Of a DNA stretch of 64,000 nucleotides, positions 41,858 to 56,562 are shown in pieces (the first letter of the stretch is position 1; every line of letters begins with the position of its first letter). The notes under the pieces are model-generated. The model saw only the letters and a program-made list of their open reading frames with translations. It made no database searches and was not told the DNA's origin. This DNA is from Eledone cirrhosa (Eukaryota). A program made the position numbers and the translations under genes. Location: positions 48,112,001 to 48,176,000 of the forward strand of contig OZ024747.1 of assembly GCA_964016885.1 (NCBI GenBank). The letters run 5' to 3'.

Positions 41858-43745
41858 CATATATAGGCATACAGTGAAACAACTGTTTTTCTAGTGTAAC
41901 TTACAACGTGTCAACATACACACATACATACATATACTCCTTAATTTACTCAATGTAAAACTGCACCATATAATATATTATTCATTTGTATTGTTTAAGA
42001 TGCTGCGGAAGTGTGTTGCAGGGGTTTATGAATTACCTCACAGCTGTTAAATAGCCAACTATCAGGGTCTTTAGAGGATAGGAGAAAATATGCTGCAGTA
42101 TTTTTCCAGCTCTCTGCACTCTGAGTTCAAATCAACCAGCTAGATATAGTAGCCAAATCTCCATGAAATCACATCCTACCATCTTAAAAAAAAGGATACT
42201 TAGGATAACATGGTCCGAGATATATTGCATGAAATAAACATGGAATAGTCACAGCTGGAATACGATTTATTGTATGTCTGCTTAAACAACAAACCACAGA
42301 ATAATGCCTGCAAGCAAGAATAATTTTAACAAGCATCATTTGGCATAGTCCAGGACGGTGAATTGGCAGAATTGTTAGAATATTAGACAAAATACCTTGC
42401 AGTATTTCTTCATACCTAATGATAACTTGGTCCATTGTTCTAACAACCCTGTCAATTTATAGTTAGTAGGTGGAGGAAGAATGGTCAGAAATTATACAGT
42501 TCCAAAATATAGTGGTCGATTTAGCAGAGTCATCAGAGCACTGGATAAAATGTGTTGCCATATTTGTCTCAGCTCACTGCACTTTGAAATCAAATCCTGA
42601 CATGTTTTGCTTTGCATTTTATACCTTTTCAGGATTGATAATGAAATTACCTGTCCAGTGCTAATACAAACCTGTCTCCCTCTCTTTAGTTATCATATCA
42701 TAGATATTCTGTTGGGTCAAGTGTAAGAAAGTTGAGAGACAGAGTGCATGTGTCTACTTTGGAGTACATAAGCACCTAAAACCCTAAGTGGAAGCATGAT
42801 GCTTGCAAATGATGGCTGCAATATGTCAGAATATGTGTTATTACCACACAGCGATAGCATGGCATATGTCAATCAAGTGGAATCCTGCAGAAGAACAATG
42901 ACACTGAAATATCTGAGCCATACAATAGTACTCGTTCAATCTAATCTTTTAAAAATCAATTCATTTCAAGCTCTCCTTGAAACAGTACAATTATATGGCT
43001 CAGAGATATGAACACTTAACATAACACAATGGTGCAACACAACTGTAAATGAACAAATAGTTTTGTGGTCTATTCTATTGTGGTCAAATACACATACATA
43101 AATGTGGGTCAGTTTAAACAAAGTTGCTTACTGTCAATATTTTGGTAATGACTTCTGGCGAGATAAAATCTCTATCAGTTATAATCAATGCACTAGTATA
43201 GAGAAATTTTAAAATATACTTGACAAAAGAAATAAATCAAGATATATATATTATGTCAAACCCATGCCAATGTGGAAAACAGACATAAAAAACTAGGTTG
43301 GACAATGAAAGCAAAGAAGAAAGATTTAGTGATAAAATAGTCTATTGCTTAAAATCATTTTAAAAGTTTGAGTGAACCATGACTAATCAATAGCAATAAC
43401 TCTATATTATCAGTTTCAATATAATAGATTACTCTCACTGGATCTGGTAAAGTATTATATATATAATCATTGCCTTTATGAAAGTTTTCAGAGTAGGGTT
43501 GGACAGGATTTTTTGAGGCCAGATGTTTTTCCTTTTGCTAACCCTTATAATTAGTTGTCTCATACTCTATACAAATATACAGTACAGTATACCTATTCTA
43601 AAAACGGATGTACTCAATGTATCAAAATATGTATGAAGAAAATGTCCAAATGTAATCTAAACAAAACTTGTTTTTTATACAACATAATGGACAAATGGTA
43701 AATATATTTACTCTTACATTAGAATATAAATATTAACTGCCGATG

Positions 43746-44133
43746 TATTTGTTTTGTAAGGTTTTTTATATGAAATTGTGTGTAGAAACAGATATTGTTA
43801 TATTTGGGGAGGGTCATTTTGTCCTAATATTGCCAAAACAATAGTAAAACACACTCACTGTTTGGTTTTCGCTTCAGTAAATTTTTATATTTCTATAAAT
43901 AATTTAGCTAGCAATCAATGTTTATCATTGATTGACCAACAGTTAAAAATATAAATATAATTTCTCAAAGTTCTTTCATCACACATATTTGTGACATCTT
44001 CAGCGATTATCGCTGTTTCCTCCCGTTCAGTATATATAAAAATCTACTGAAGCGAAAACCAAACTAAACAGTGAGTGTTTTACTATATTTGGCAATATTA
44101 GGACAACATGACCCTCCCCAAATATAACAATAT
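43746..44133 (-). mobile_element. Family H PLE-like repeat copy 2, with head-to-head inverted partial copy
   Basis: 43746-44030 (-) carries the hammerhead and [24 protein letters not shown]. 44034-44133 (+) is an inverted copy of about 43790-43890. Confidence 0.72.
43965..44006 (-). ncRNA. Type I minimal hammerhead ribozyme
   Basis: TCG-CTGAAGA-T-GTCACA(AATATG)TGTGAT-GAAA-GAAC-TT^TGA. Confidence 0.7.
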
Positions 44134-45034
44134 TAACCCTTTTATTACTATAGCCTTTTTGACTAGATTCGTCAAAAAACAATAGAAGAGCATTACATTT
44201 TGAGAATATATCAGTCATGTAGTGTTTTTATATACATTATCTAGTCCAATATATCAACTTGGCATTACCCTGACACCTGCTGGTTAGTCAATCTGAGGTT
44301 AATCTTACAACACTCAAACTCTAATGCTATAAAATAAATGTGTGATTAATGTAGAAAATATGATGTAGATAGAAATAATGTAAATATGTATTAATACACC
44401 CTCAATATATATTTATCATCATCGCTTAATGTCCGTGATGGGGAGTACAGATACCTAAATAGGGGCTGCTGAGGAATATAAGACAAACAAAAGTTATATT
44501 TAGAAATAAAGGTTTATATGTAATGCATGAAATTGCACTAATGTAAAACACACCCTGAATGTAGGAGTGTGCAGTGTGTCTGTGTATAGAGTAGGTAGTA
44601 ATATGGTATGGTGCCAATATAATAGATATTGAAAAATACTGTACTGGATATTATAAGACAGACAGCAATAAATGTGTAGTGTAGTGTATAAGGAATATCC
44701 CTTGAATTGCATCATATTTGACTTATCAGTGAAATAGCTAAAACAAAGTTCAGAAAGAATAGCTTTCTGAAGAGGTAATTGATACCTATGGGTATCTGAC
44801 AGTGGATGCAATTAAATAGTGACCCTCCTCACCCACCCCCCAAAAAATGCACGCAAGTCAAGATGAATCCCAGATACGAGTGAAATACTTACTTCAAGCC
44901 GAGGCAGAGTCAAGAGGGACCAAGGAAACCAACACGTGAATTGCAGGATTTTTTTAGGGTAGTCTTCTTTCCTCTTTTTATTACCTACAAAAATATATAA
45001 TGATGTTTGGTCAATTATATAACACTTTAACAGA

Positions 45035-45142
45035 GAGGGGAGTCATACTGAGAAAAAGAAAAGGGTTTCAGAGGGGAGTCATGCTGAGAAAAAGAAAAGG
45101 GTTTCAGAGGGGAGTCATACTGAGAAAAAGAAAAGGGTTTCA
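45035..45142. repeat. 36-bp tandem repeat x3
   Basis: GAGGGGAGTCAT(A/G)CTGAGAAAAAGAAAAGGGTTTCA, contiguous with no spacers. Confidence 0.95.
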
Positions 45143-46413
45143 GTTTCAATATCAAGCACACATGTGAGGAAATGTAATATTTGGCAACACGTGTGAGTAT
45201 TTATTGAGGAATTGGAACACAGGAAATTAAAAACACCATGATATACACACATATATATATATATATATATACACACACACGAAAAATGATTATATAATTT
45301 AAAAAAAAAACATTTCATTTCTCTCAACCAAATACAATTTCAATTACAGATAAAAATTTTGGTTTAAAATCACGCGTCTTTGCAGATATATCACAAATAT
45401 TTTAAGACACAAATATAACTACAAAAACACGCACATGTTAAAGAATATACAGTTTTTTTAATGCTATGTCTAAATTACTCACACACCAAAAACATCAAAG
45501 TTTTGTTTGTCTCTTTAAGAAATACAATTTTGTATTAATCTTTTGTATATGGAGTGACAGAGAGGTATTTGTATATAAATGCCGTATAAATTGATATGTA
45601 CCAGTATATATATTTATGGTTACTAGACACATATGAACCTCACAAGCTACATCTTAATTCATCTAATTAGAAATATATATATCTGTTGGCTTCTTGCTCA
45701 CATTAATTTCTCTATTTTCATTTATATATATATATATATATATACACAACTAACAGCTATATACAACGGCCAGACCGGTGTTGAGTATTCAGTGCGGTAT
45801 ATAAATTATCTACCAGGTGACTACTGAGGGCTGCTCACAAGAGCTACTAAGATTTGATTAAAAAAAAAAAAAAAAAAAAAAAACAGCCACGGGGTACACG
45901 CGAAAGAAAAAAGAATAATAGAGGGGTTAACGGTTGTGAGGTTACTAATCATCTGTTAGTAAAACTTACCGTCAAACAACATAAAACAATAATTATAAAT
46001 AGTAATTACACAAATAGGGAGGCACTAGGGGAAACAAAGAGATTTAAAAAAAACTAAAGCAGCATATCAAATAAAGGGTCTAAACTAAACATGGCCTTTA
46101 AAAGTACATGTAGTGGTAATAAGGGGAAACTGGCATCAGTTGTTGGTCGAATGTAATAATAACAAGTTTATGTGAGCTAGGGAGAGACCCCGAATATACT
46201 CGCATATTTTCCAACACACCGACAACCTGAAAAACTAAAATGCGACTTATCTAGTGGATACTGGAAACGGACTTAGAAAAGTTAGCCAATTCAAAATACA
46301 TATATAAGATACATTGAAGTTTGTTGTATGTAAAACTGAATGCAACTTTTACACAAGTATATACGATAATCCCAGGACGGAAGCAAGGGTGTGTACTCAT
46401 ATATATATAATAT

Positions 46414-46464
<51 letters not shown>

Positions 46465-46867
46465 TATTATATATGTATCGACAAGAGAGTGTTAGGGGAC
46501 AGGGAGATTTTAAAGATAACGACTACCGCTCATTAATACATAATTAATAATGGCCTATCATAGATCTGGATTACAAATTGATGTTTTTGTTATTTGAGTA
46601 TAATCTGTAGACTAAACATGCAATTTATTTAACGGACATTACCATTTCAATTACAAATAAAATCAGCTACAAATATAAGTTCCCGGTGTAATGACTAAAT
46701 TTAGATATTCAAAATAATAAATATATTAAAAAGAGATCTGCTTTTTTGTGCAGGGGTACCCTTAATTATAAATACTGTTTACCGACGCCCTAAAATGGCT
46801 ACACAGGCAAAACCCATACATACTTGTGTGTGCGTGTACATGTACACTCACAAATACGGCGATTGAT

Positions 46868-46912
<45 letters not shown>

Positions 46913-47488
46913 GATATAATGTCGTTTAGTAGTCCATGTATGTGTAAGGAGGCATTTTAACATAAATAAAATATAAATATTAATATTAATACCCACTCCA
47001 CTTGGATGGGGTTTTATTACCCTTGAAATCTATATACACAGAAGCAGTGCTCGTTATTAAGGGCACGGGCGAAATGTAATGACAAAAACACTCCTAGACA
47101 TATACAAATATGTGTGTAATTATGCATTGTTGATGTGTTTGAGTGGAACATAAGGTGAAGCAAGCCGTCATTGTCCAGTCACGAAGTGAACGATGCGGCA
47201 ACAGGAAGCAAAAGCAAGGTGTCCTCCTTATGTTAAGGTTTCCTTACATGCGGGTTAGTAGGAGGTGATGGTGGTGCTATGATAAGATTTAGGTAATAGA
47301 GGTGAAATGATAGAGTTAAAATGTGTGTAGTGTGTTATATATATATATACTGACCACACCACCCGACCAGCAACGGACTAAAGGCAGATACCCGAGCACT
47401 TTGTGTGTATGTATATTTGTGTTCTTAGAAATGTATAAGAGATCATTGGTATATAATCTGTATGTGTATAATAAATATTGAGATAGTA

Positions 47489-47537
<49 letters not shown>

Positions 47538-49116
47538 ATGCCAAAAATGTCTATATATATCTATATACCTATTAATTTGTAAACATAAAATATTTTAGTG
47601 TGTATATTTAGCGAGGTCGGTGATGACTTTGATCTATATACTCCTCCTATTCCGCCGGTGAGAGAGAGAAGGGTAATACAAGAGAGAAAGAGAGAGAGGG
47701 TAAGACAAGAGAGAAAGTAGAGGTGGGGAAGGGAGCCAAATTGGATCCTATACAATATGGCTTACACAGTAAAAGAGCTGGTGTTGAAAACATACCTTGG
47801 TTGGTGTATTGTTAAGTGGTGGTAATGATGTTCTAGTGCTGTGGTAGTTGTATTACTGCGACAAGGGCACACGCCTCCACCCTAAGAAGATCGGATAAAA
47901 AAAAAGAGAAACTATATATGTTAAAAAAATGTGATGTGTTCATATAAATGTATATATATATATATACATATTCCCTTACAGCGTGGGAGATATGCAGTAA
48001 AAAAACATCAAGACCATATATATATATATAAGAAGACTATATATATATATATATATATATACATACATACAGACACATGAATATATACACACGTGTGGAT
48101 ATATAATTGCGACAAGTACATCGCCGTACGCCGTAAAAAGTTCTTTATCATTTCATATATAATTATATTAAATGAAGTGTTTAATACACACACATATATA
48201 TGTATGTTTTAAATCTCACAGATTAGTGGTGTTTTGATATGTATATATATATATAACTGAATGTTAATGTTGCTATATGTTAGATATATTATGATCGTAT
48301 ATTATAAATTTTAGCCTCGCCCTTATAGCCATTAATAACGTTGTTACTGCATGTATATAAACTCGCTTTAATCAATATTAAGATGAATAGCCCTCAGCAC
48401 GTACACACGTATAAATACACACACACACACATATATATATGTATATGCACGTACACAAATATATATTCAAATGATAGTATTGAATCTTGGTGGTCTTGGC
48501 TATTTTAGAAATATGTAGTATATATATCTGTAAATACATATATATATAGCTCTCTTTCTCTCTCTATATATATATATATATATGTGTGTGTATATATACA
48601 CTTAGCGTTGTTGTTTTAGTTTGTATCTATATGTACAATATGTACGTGTTTCATTCCTTTCAGTGCTTGGTTTTGTGTCTAAAAAAATAAAAGATATAAG
48701 GTAGAATGCCGGTCTATCTTTATGTAGAAATAGCCAGGCTTCATCTTGGAGACTATTAGCTTTAATAGGATGTTTGAACGCCACATTGCCCTGCGACGAA
48801 GAAGACTCCATTAAAGCTTTTTAAGCTAGTTTCTTTCTCCCTCTCTCTCTCTCTATATATATATGTTCCTATTCGACATTAACTAATACTATACTACATA
48901 CGCCATGTCAGGGTGTGCAGATTTAGTAATATATACATATACAACTTGAATAAATCATCTCGGTGTGTATATATATATCATTGTGGTGATGATGATGCTA
49001 TTAAAATGGTTATAATAAGTATTACCCTTTCTACAAAATATATCTTATCCTCAAAAGGTTGGATATTACTTGGTAAGCTACACACAGCACAAGTCAAGCC
49101 TACACACTCCGAACTC

Positions 49117-49126
49117 GTGACGTCAC
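49117..49126. promoter_or_regulatory. Palindromic CRE/ATF motif GTGACGTCAC
   Basis: Perfect TGACGTCA inside a short CpG-retaining patch; function not demonstrated. Confidence 0.25.
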
Positions 49127-50042
49127 TATCGAGAACCGACAGTAGTCTCGAAACACAAAGCCGAATACACTTTTAATTTCATTTTTTTTTTTAATAACTC
49201 CAGTAATCTATTTTGGTTCACGGTTAATTTGTTATTTAAACAAAATAAAAATGTGAAATATATTTTATTATGAATTTCGAATGAGTTAGACATTTATTTA
49301 CTCCTAACACCCAACTGGTTTCATATCCGATATGTCCTGAAATTCCCCCCTGTCATTTATAGCCTCTACTAGAAGTGTTGTTGAAAATTAAACTAATATT
49401 GCAATCTAAAATAAAATTAAATTCCTGAATAAATTATCAGTCTATTATCCCAAAATGTGTATTTTGTAGTAAACTTATGTAATATAAAAATGTATTAAAA
49501 ATATATATATATATATCAACCGCGTTAAATCATGTTTGCCCTTATGTGGTACGAGGCTATCTCCATTGTTTGATCCTCAATAAGACTAAAGTAACAATTC
49601 ATCCATTAATTGTTTTTAAGATTCACATGACGAAATATCATTTTTTTTTTTAATCTATTTTATACCGCTTGTTTATCCACTCGACTATACATATTTTATA
49701 AAAGATTATGAATATAAACATTATGAAAGATTACGGACTAATTTTTATATTTATAATTTTAGAATATGAATTTCCTGAGTGTTATGCTGGCGAGCCATAA
49801 ATGTCTTACAGTATGGAGATCTGTCCCGTTATATACAAATTTCACCTTTCTTGTATTTTATAACATACAACAATCGTTTTAATTCATTATCCTTATCACC
49901 CTACCAGCAATCTATAAATTCGTGGTATTCTTCCTTGGGAGAATGCAAAAAGTTGATAAACGACATCATAAACATGAGAAAATATTCACACACAAAAAAA
50001 AACAGTTTTAACATTCAGCTACTGACATAAGCAATAATTTTC

Positions 50043-50210
50043 CTCTTCGCACCGCTCGCCATCGAGACCTCATGTGAATTCTGATCCTGTACTGCCGAGC
50101 CCCTCTGCTAAAATCGGAACGTCAGGAGCTCAATGAGGTGCGGTGGCTATTGCAGCGGGTGTTGCTGGCCTTTGCGAAAATGCTTTTGCGGTCTTGTCCG
50201 CGGGGCGCAG
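50043..50210 (+). mobile_element. Relic C-terminal restriction-like endonuclease region of a CRE-clade non-LTR element
   Basis: Frameshifted peptides FAPLAIETS.EF, KIG, EVRWLLQRVLLA and ENAFAVLSAGR resemble the F.P.A.ET.G..G...QR.S.A..RGNA..I C-terminus of CRE-like elements. GC-rich island. Confidence 0.55.
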
Positions 50211-52899
50211 CCCCAACGCTGCCGCACCCGAGGCCCAGAGCCGATCTCCTTCCTCCTCGCTTTCTTCTGTGGCCATAGAGTCCTTGCTTTTCCCCTCCTG
50301 AGTCCTTTCCCATACATCCAGATTTGGTCTTCCTTACCCCTTACATAAAGGAATATTGTAACGTGAATTTAGAATATATATATAAACATTGATTATAGAG
50401 AAGAATAAAGTTTAACCTCATATCCAAATTACTATGTCTATTTTAGTGATAGAAACGGTGAATTGTCATTAAAAGGTTGGATAGAATGGTTTGTGATATT
50501 CGTTTCAGCTCTGATTTCATATCCCACTGAGGTCAATTTTGCCTTCCATCCCTTCAAGGTGAATAAAAATGTACCAGTCCAATACTGGTATCGATTCTTC
50601 CTCAATATCTCTTTCTCATTTCCTCTCTTCTCTGAAAGAAATAGGCTTTGTTTAGACCTAGAAAGTGATGGGCTCTGCCTGGTTTGAAGTACCTATGATA
50701 TGATGTGTCACTACAATGCCCCTATGACTCCATCATGGCTTGTGAGTCCATACATATATATGATTGGGTTTATAAGCCAAATAGATAGGTATTTCCATGT
50801 GATTGTCTTCTGATAAGATCACGGTGATGATGATGATTAGCATAATGTAGCTGGAGTTTGTGCCACTCAGAATAGACCTAGAGTTAAACCATTACCCCAC
50901 CTCCCTAGAAAAACAATACACATCAAACATACATAAATCATAAAGTGATCTCTGGGGCAAACCACCTTCCTTGCCCACCCCTAGCTATGCTAATCATCTC
51001 AACAAAGATTCATACAACCAATACTGTTTCTTTTCTTTATCTCTCATACTTTGCTCAAACCAATGGTCACAAGGATCCCTTTTTCATAAAGACATTAAAG
51101 TAACAGATGCCAATCTGGGGTCTACAGGGGTTGTTCGGGGGGGGGGGGGGGGGGACTGTGAGTTAAGTTCAAAAGTATTTTGTTATAACCATAATGTTCA
51201 CACACTATTGGATGTCCATTCTTCTCTAAGTATAAACAATTTCTCTTTCAATTGTTATTCTCACTATAACAATTATGGTGGAATCATTGTAGCTAGGGTC
51301 ATGGGGAAATTCATTTAACCCTTTCATTATCATATTGCTCATGATTTTCAAATCATTTTGAAAATAATCAAGAATTTGGAGGGATTTAGTAATATAACTA
51401 ACTTTCACCTTATTAAGTTGGTGTTTAAAACAATTTAACAAACGTTCTTACTTAAAACTATGATGGAAGTTTTTAAGAACTCAGAGTAACTTAATCTTCT
51501 TTAAAAATATGGAAAAGAAAAGGTTAAATATTGAATTGTTTTAGATAAGTTATTGTTAATTTCATTTGTAGAAATGAAACATCATTTTTATCTTTTGACA
51601 TATTTCAACCAGCTCTGTATACTTTGTGTTCTTCCTCTGGTTCGACCCCTCAATATGGTCTTCCTATAGAGTAGAGAGTTTTAATTGAACTACCTGCTTG
51701 GAAGCTTCTGAGATCAGCACCATGTCTGGGCTTAATGATGTTGTGGTGACAGTTTCTGGGAACTTCAACTACTTATCCAGATCAAATTTCAACTTCTAAT
51801 ATTTTGCTGTTACTGGTAAGTTATTATTATTTTTGAAAAAACTAGTAAACAGTTGATTACTTGCACATTTTAACAGTAATCCTATGGGAATTTAAATGTC
51901 CATTCTCTTCATCTAGTAACACATATTCATTAAAAGAGATCCTCTGATCAAAAAACAGTTTTCCTAGTTACTTCCCATGATAATAGCTCTCTTTTTTATT
52001 TATTTTATCTTTACATTTTCTTTTTTTTTTCTTTTTTTTTTCAGAAATAAAAATATCTTGTATACACCATGAAATAGAGAAATGCCCCCCCCCCCACATT
52101 TGCTTATAATAGTGAGATGGAGAGAGAGGGAGAGACGGAGGCAATGACAGTGAGAGTTGTGTTCGGACGTGGTGTATATGTATATATTTATTTACCACAC
52201 CACATTAATACTTATGATGTCAATATATAGGATAAATTGACAGAATCAACAGAGCATTGAACGTGATCCCTTGCGCTCATTTTCTTACATCATTTTGTTT
52301 TTTCAAATGCCATGAAATTTGATATAAACAGAGTTGTTTGACTCAAATTCGTCATTATCAACAATAAAAAACAACTCGCACTATTAAATATTTCAATCAA
52401 CAAATTGATACAAAATCTCTGTAATGTCTAAATCAGTAATTAACAAAAGATTGAAACATTATTTTAACAAAACAAAATGTATTCATAACTTCTCTGTTGT
52501 TACATACCAATCATTGCTTTTGTCAGCTTTTATTAACATTTAAAATAACAGAAGTTGGATGATTGTTTTGTTGAGGATTCTTCCATGTGCTAGTCATGTA
52601 CTATCAGGTAAAACTCAGCTTACTAAAAACAGCAGTAACCACTTCAACAAAACCATCATTCATCCACCAGTTACATGTGTTTATGTGTGGGTGGGGTAGT
52701 ATGTGCAGGTATGTTCAGAATGACACAGGTACACTTAACCTCACCGATACACAGAAGGAAGTGCTTTGGAAATACAAAAGGTTGCTCAATGTTGAATGTG
52801 TGAGAGAGGAAGTAAGATTACCCCCAGTAACAGATATAGAGCCAAAGAAGTCACCAAGGATATGAAAAATGGATATTTGCTGAAATGCTAAAAATATCT

Positions 52900-53595
52900 G
52901 ATGTTAATCACTTGCATAGCGAATCAGATAATACATGATGGTGCCATACACAAAGACTGGTGTAGCAGTATAATCATTAATTACTACAAGAGAAAAACAT
53001 AATGCTCTATAATAGAACAATTACAGAGGCATTAAACTGGTGGATCAAGTTATGAAAGAAACAGAAAGAGTTTTAGCACAACTTATTAGGGAATTTTTTA
53101 ATTAGATGAGATGCAGTTTGGCTTTGCACTAGGAAAGAGCACCAACAGATGCTCTCTTCTCATTGAGACAACTACAAAAGAAGTTCCTAGCTAAGTGTAA
53201 GCCACTATATCTAGTTTCTGTCGTGATCTGGAGAAGGAGTACCATGATCTGTTATCTAGTGGTGTTCCTTGAGAAAACTAGTTTTAGATGAATGGTTGTT
53301 GAGCGAAGTGGAAGACATATGTAGAGATGCTGATAGCAAAGTAAGAGTAAGCAATGAGTGTAGTGAGAAATTCAGTATGCCTGTGGATGTTCACCATGGC
53401 TTAGTTTTTATAGTTTAATCTGTGGAAGGTTTACAGAAGAATTTCCAGATGTGGAAACAAAAATAGAATTGAAATGAGTAAATTTAGCAAAGATTAAAGT
53501 TTAAGTAAGTAGGAAAGAAGACAGGATCATACTGCTGTTAGGGAAATAGTCCTCTTCACTTTGCAGAAAAGGAGCTATAATAAAATGCACTTGGT
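52900..53595 (+). mobile_element. Old degenerate copy of the PHD-RTE family
   Basis: Parallels 55030-55790 (DEMQFGF, KSTTDA, LRKL...EWL, CRKG) with many stops and deletions. Confidence 0.75.
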
Positions 53596-53757
53596 ACATT
53601 TTGTAGGGTGTTTGACATTAGGAATGGCATCCAGTCAGAAATCATGATAAATATAGATCGTATTAGCAAGGTGTAGTCTCTAGTCTTGGACTGTTACAAC
53701 CCATCCAACCCACACCAGCATGGAAAGCAGAAATAAAATGATGATAAGGATATATAT

Positions 53758-56556
53758 AGTTAGTAATCGAATAATTAAGCTTAGATTAGTTGTAGGTAGG
53801 AGACTACTGACAATCATCTCGGCCTATGCTCCCCAAGCAGGCCTAGGCAAAGATGAGAAAGACTGCTTTTATGAGCAACTTTTGCAAACAACCGCAATGA
53901 CAGAGGACGGAGACATCGTTATGCTAGCAGGAGACTTTTAATGGTCATGTTGGACAGCTCCAGGATGGTTACACTGGGGTACATGGTGGGCACGGTTACG
54001 GTTCAAGAAATGAAGAAGGGGTGAGACTTCTTGAATTTTGTGATGCAGGTACATTGACTATTTGCAACACAAACTTCCAGAAACCTGCCAATCACCTAAT
54101 AACCTACAAATCTGGTGAGCACATAAGCCAGATTGACTTCTTACTAGTTAGGCAGATAGCGTCTAATACCAAGGCATACCCTGGGGAAGAATGTACCCCA
54201 CAGCATAGGTTAGTTGTTAGTGATACCTCAGTAAGCAAGAGATGGAATGAGACATATAGGAAAGTGTGGAGAAGAAATGTCTGGAAGCTAAAAGACCTTT
54301 CACTAAAATACAAATTTAGGAAAGCCCTTCAAGATGTATATGACGAAAAAGAAGACAATTTAGAGACATATGACATAGATAATAACTGGAATTTCTTACG
54401 TGACAACTTGCTGCAGGCTACTGATGAAACTTGTGGCTGGAGCAGAGCTCCAACCAGACAGAGAGTGACCTGCTAGTGGAACAGCACAGTAGATAAGGCT
54501 ATTAGAGACAAAAGACTAGCATGGAAGGCTTGGAAAAAGGGTGGGAGTAGGGAAGAATATACAGCCACTAAGAGAGAAGCTAGACGTCAGGTGTACTTAG
54601 CACGCAGGGAGGCAGAGAGTAGGAGGTTTGCCAATGTTCTGCGACGGGAAGATCAGAGGCGTGCGGTGTTCCACATTGCAAAGCAGTGTGTCAATGCAAA
54701 TCAGGATGTTGTTGGAGATAAATGTGTCCGGGATGATGCCGGTGTACTTAGTATCACGAATGATCAGAAAAAGGAGGCCTGGAAATGTCATTATGAGAGA
54801 CTGATGAATGTGGAGAACAAATGGGAGAGAGAGAAATTACCATTGGTAGATCCGACAGAGGGACCAGCTATTGAGATTGACGAATATAGGGTCCAAGAGG
54901 CGATTAGGGAAATGAAAAAGGGTAAGGCTGCCGGACCATCGGGAATAGTTGCTAAGATGCTGAAGGCATCAGGGGACGTAGGCACTAAACTGGTTGCACG
55001 CATCATCAATCAGGCTATATTTGGTGGTGTCATACCCAAAGACTGGTGCAGCAGTATTCTCATAAATTGCTACAAAGGTAAAGGGGATGCTTTGGAGAGG
55101 AGCAATTATAGGAGTATAAAACTGATAGATCAGGTTATGAAAGTGGCAGAAAGGATTTTAGCACAACTAATTAGAGAAAGGGTCAAACTAGATGAGATGC
55201 AGTTTGGTTTTGTGCCTCGGAAGAGTACAACAGATGCCTTCTTCTTGGTGAGACAATTGCAAGAGAGGTTCTTAGAGAAGAATAAGCCACTATACTTAGC
55301 CTTTGTTGACCTAGAGAAGGCCTTTGATAGGGTACCCCGATCTGTCATCTGGTGGTCCCTAAGGAAGCTAGGTGTTGAGGAATGGCTTGTGAGGACAGTG
55401 CAAACTTTGTACAGAGGTACTCTCAGTAAAGTCAGGGTAGGAATGGAGTTTAGTGAGGAATTCCAGATACAAGTAGGAGTACATCAGGGTTCGGTCCTCA
55501 GCCCGCTCTTGTTCATTATAGTCCTCCAAGCCATAACAGAGGAGTTTAAGACTGGCTTTCCATGGGAACTTCTCTATGCTGACGATCTGGTTCTTATAGC
55601 AGAATCAGTAGAGGAGCTGGAGAATAAATTCTGGCTATGGAAACAGCAGTTGGAAGCAAGAGGACTGAGAGTGAATCTAGCTAAGACAAAAGTGTTGATG
55701 AGTAGAAAAGAGGACAAAACCCTGATTCCGTCAGGGAAATGGCCATGTTCGATATGCAGAAAAGGAACTGGCATAAATTCTATAAAATGCACACAATACA
55801 GATCTTGGGTACACAAGAGATGTAGCGGGATAGCAGGCAAACTAACAGGTAGGGAGAAATATGTATGCAGTAGATGTACAGGGAAATTAGACAGTAGAAG
55901 TCGCATTGATAGACACATTTTTCAAATATAGAAGTGGTGGATAGCTTCCGGTACCTAGGAGATCAGATTAGCATGGGAGGAGGGTGTTCCGAGGCCATAG
56001 TATCTAGAATAAGGACGGGTTGGAAGAAGTTTAGGGAGCTGCTTCCTCTGTTGACAAAGAAGGGTTTCTCCCTGCGTACGAAAGGCTGGTTGTATGATGC
56101 CTGTGTGAGGAGCGCGATGCTGCATGGTAGTGAGACATGGGCAGCAACTGCAGAGGATATGCGACGGCTGGAGAGAAATGAGGCAAGCATGCTCCGTTGG
56201 ATGTGCAGTGTAAATGTGCGTGAACGACCCAGCATGAATGTGTTGAGAGAGAAACTGTGTCTGAGAGGGATAGAATGTAGTGTACGGGAGAGGAGACTGA
56301 GGTGGTATGGACATGTGATGCGCATGGAGGATGACCGATGGGTGAAGAAGTGCCAGGAATTGCCAGTTGAAGGAAGACCTGGTAGAGGTAGACCACGAAA
56401 AACATGGGCGGAGGTGGTGAGAACAGACCACAGATCATTGAAGCTCACGGTGGAGAAGACGAGGGACCGTGACGAGTGGAGAGATGCTGTGCTGAATAAG
56501 ACCCGTCCCACCCTTGCAAGCAGGGAAAAGCGGACGTAAAATGATGATGATGATGA
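53758..56556 (+). mobile_element. 5'-truncated RTE-clade LINE with PHD-like finger after the RT core (pseudogenised)
   Basis: APE SAYAPQ/AGDF/QIDF/QHRLV; RT DLEKAFD, VHQGSVLSP, LLYADD; then FRYLG, LRWYGH, GRPRKTW. (TGA)n tail, TATATA on both flanks, several frameshifts and stops. Confidence 0.92.
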
Positions 56557-56562
56557 TATATA

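Noticed and set aside
44766-44800. CTGAAGA-GGTA..TACC as a hammerhead (also CTGATGA at 58672)
   Set aside because: No GAAA after the stem.
45035-45142. 36-bp repeats as a CRISPR array
   Set aside because: Units are contiguous with no spacers, there are no cas genes, and the context is eukaryotic.
45795-45810. TATATAAA as a TATA box
   Set aside because: Expected by chance in this TA-rich DNA; no supported downstream gene.
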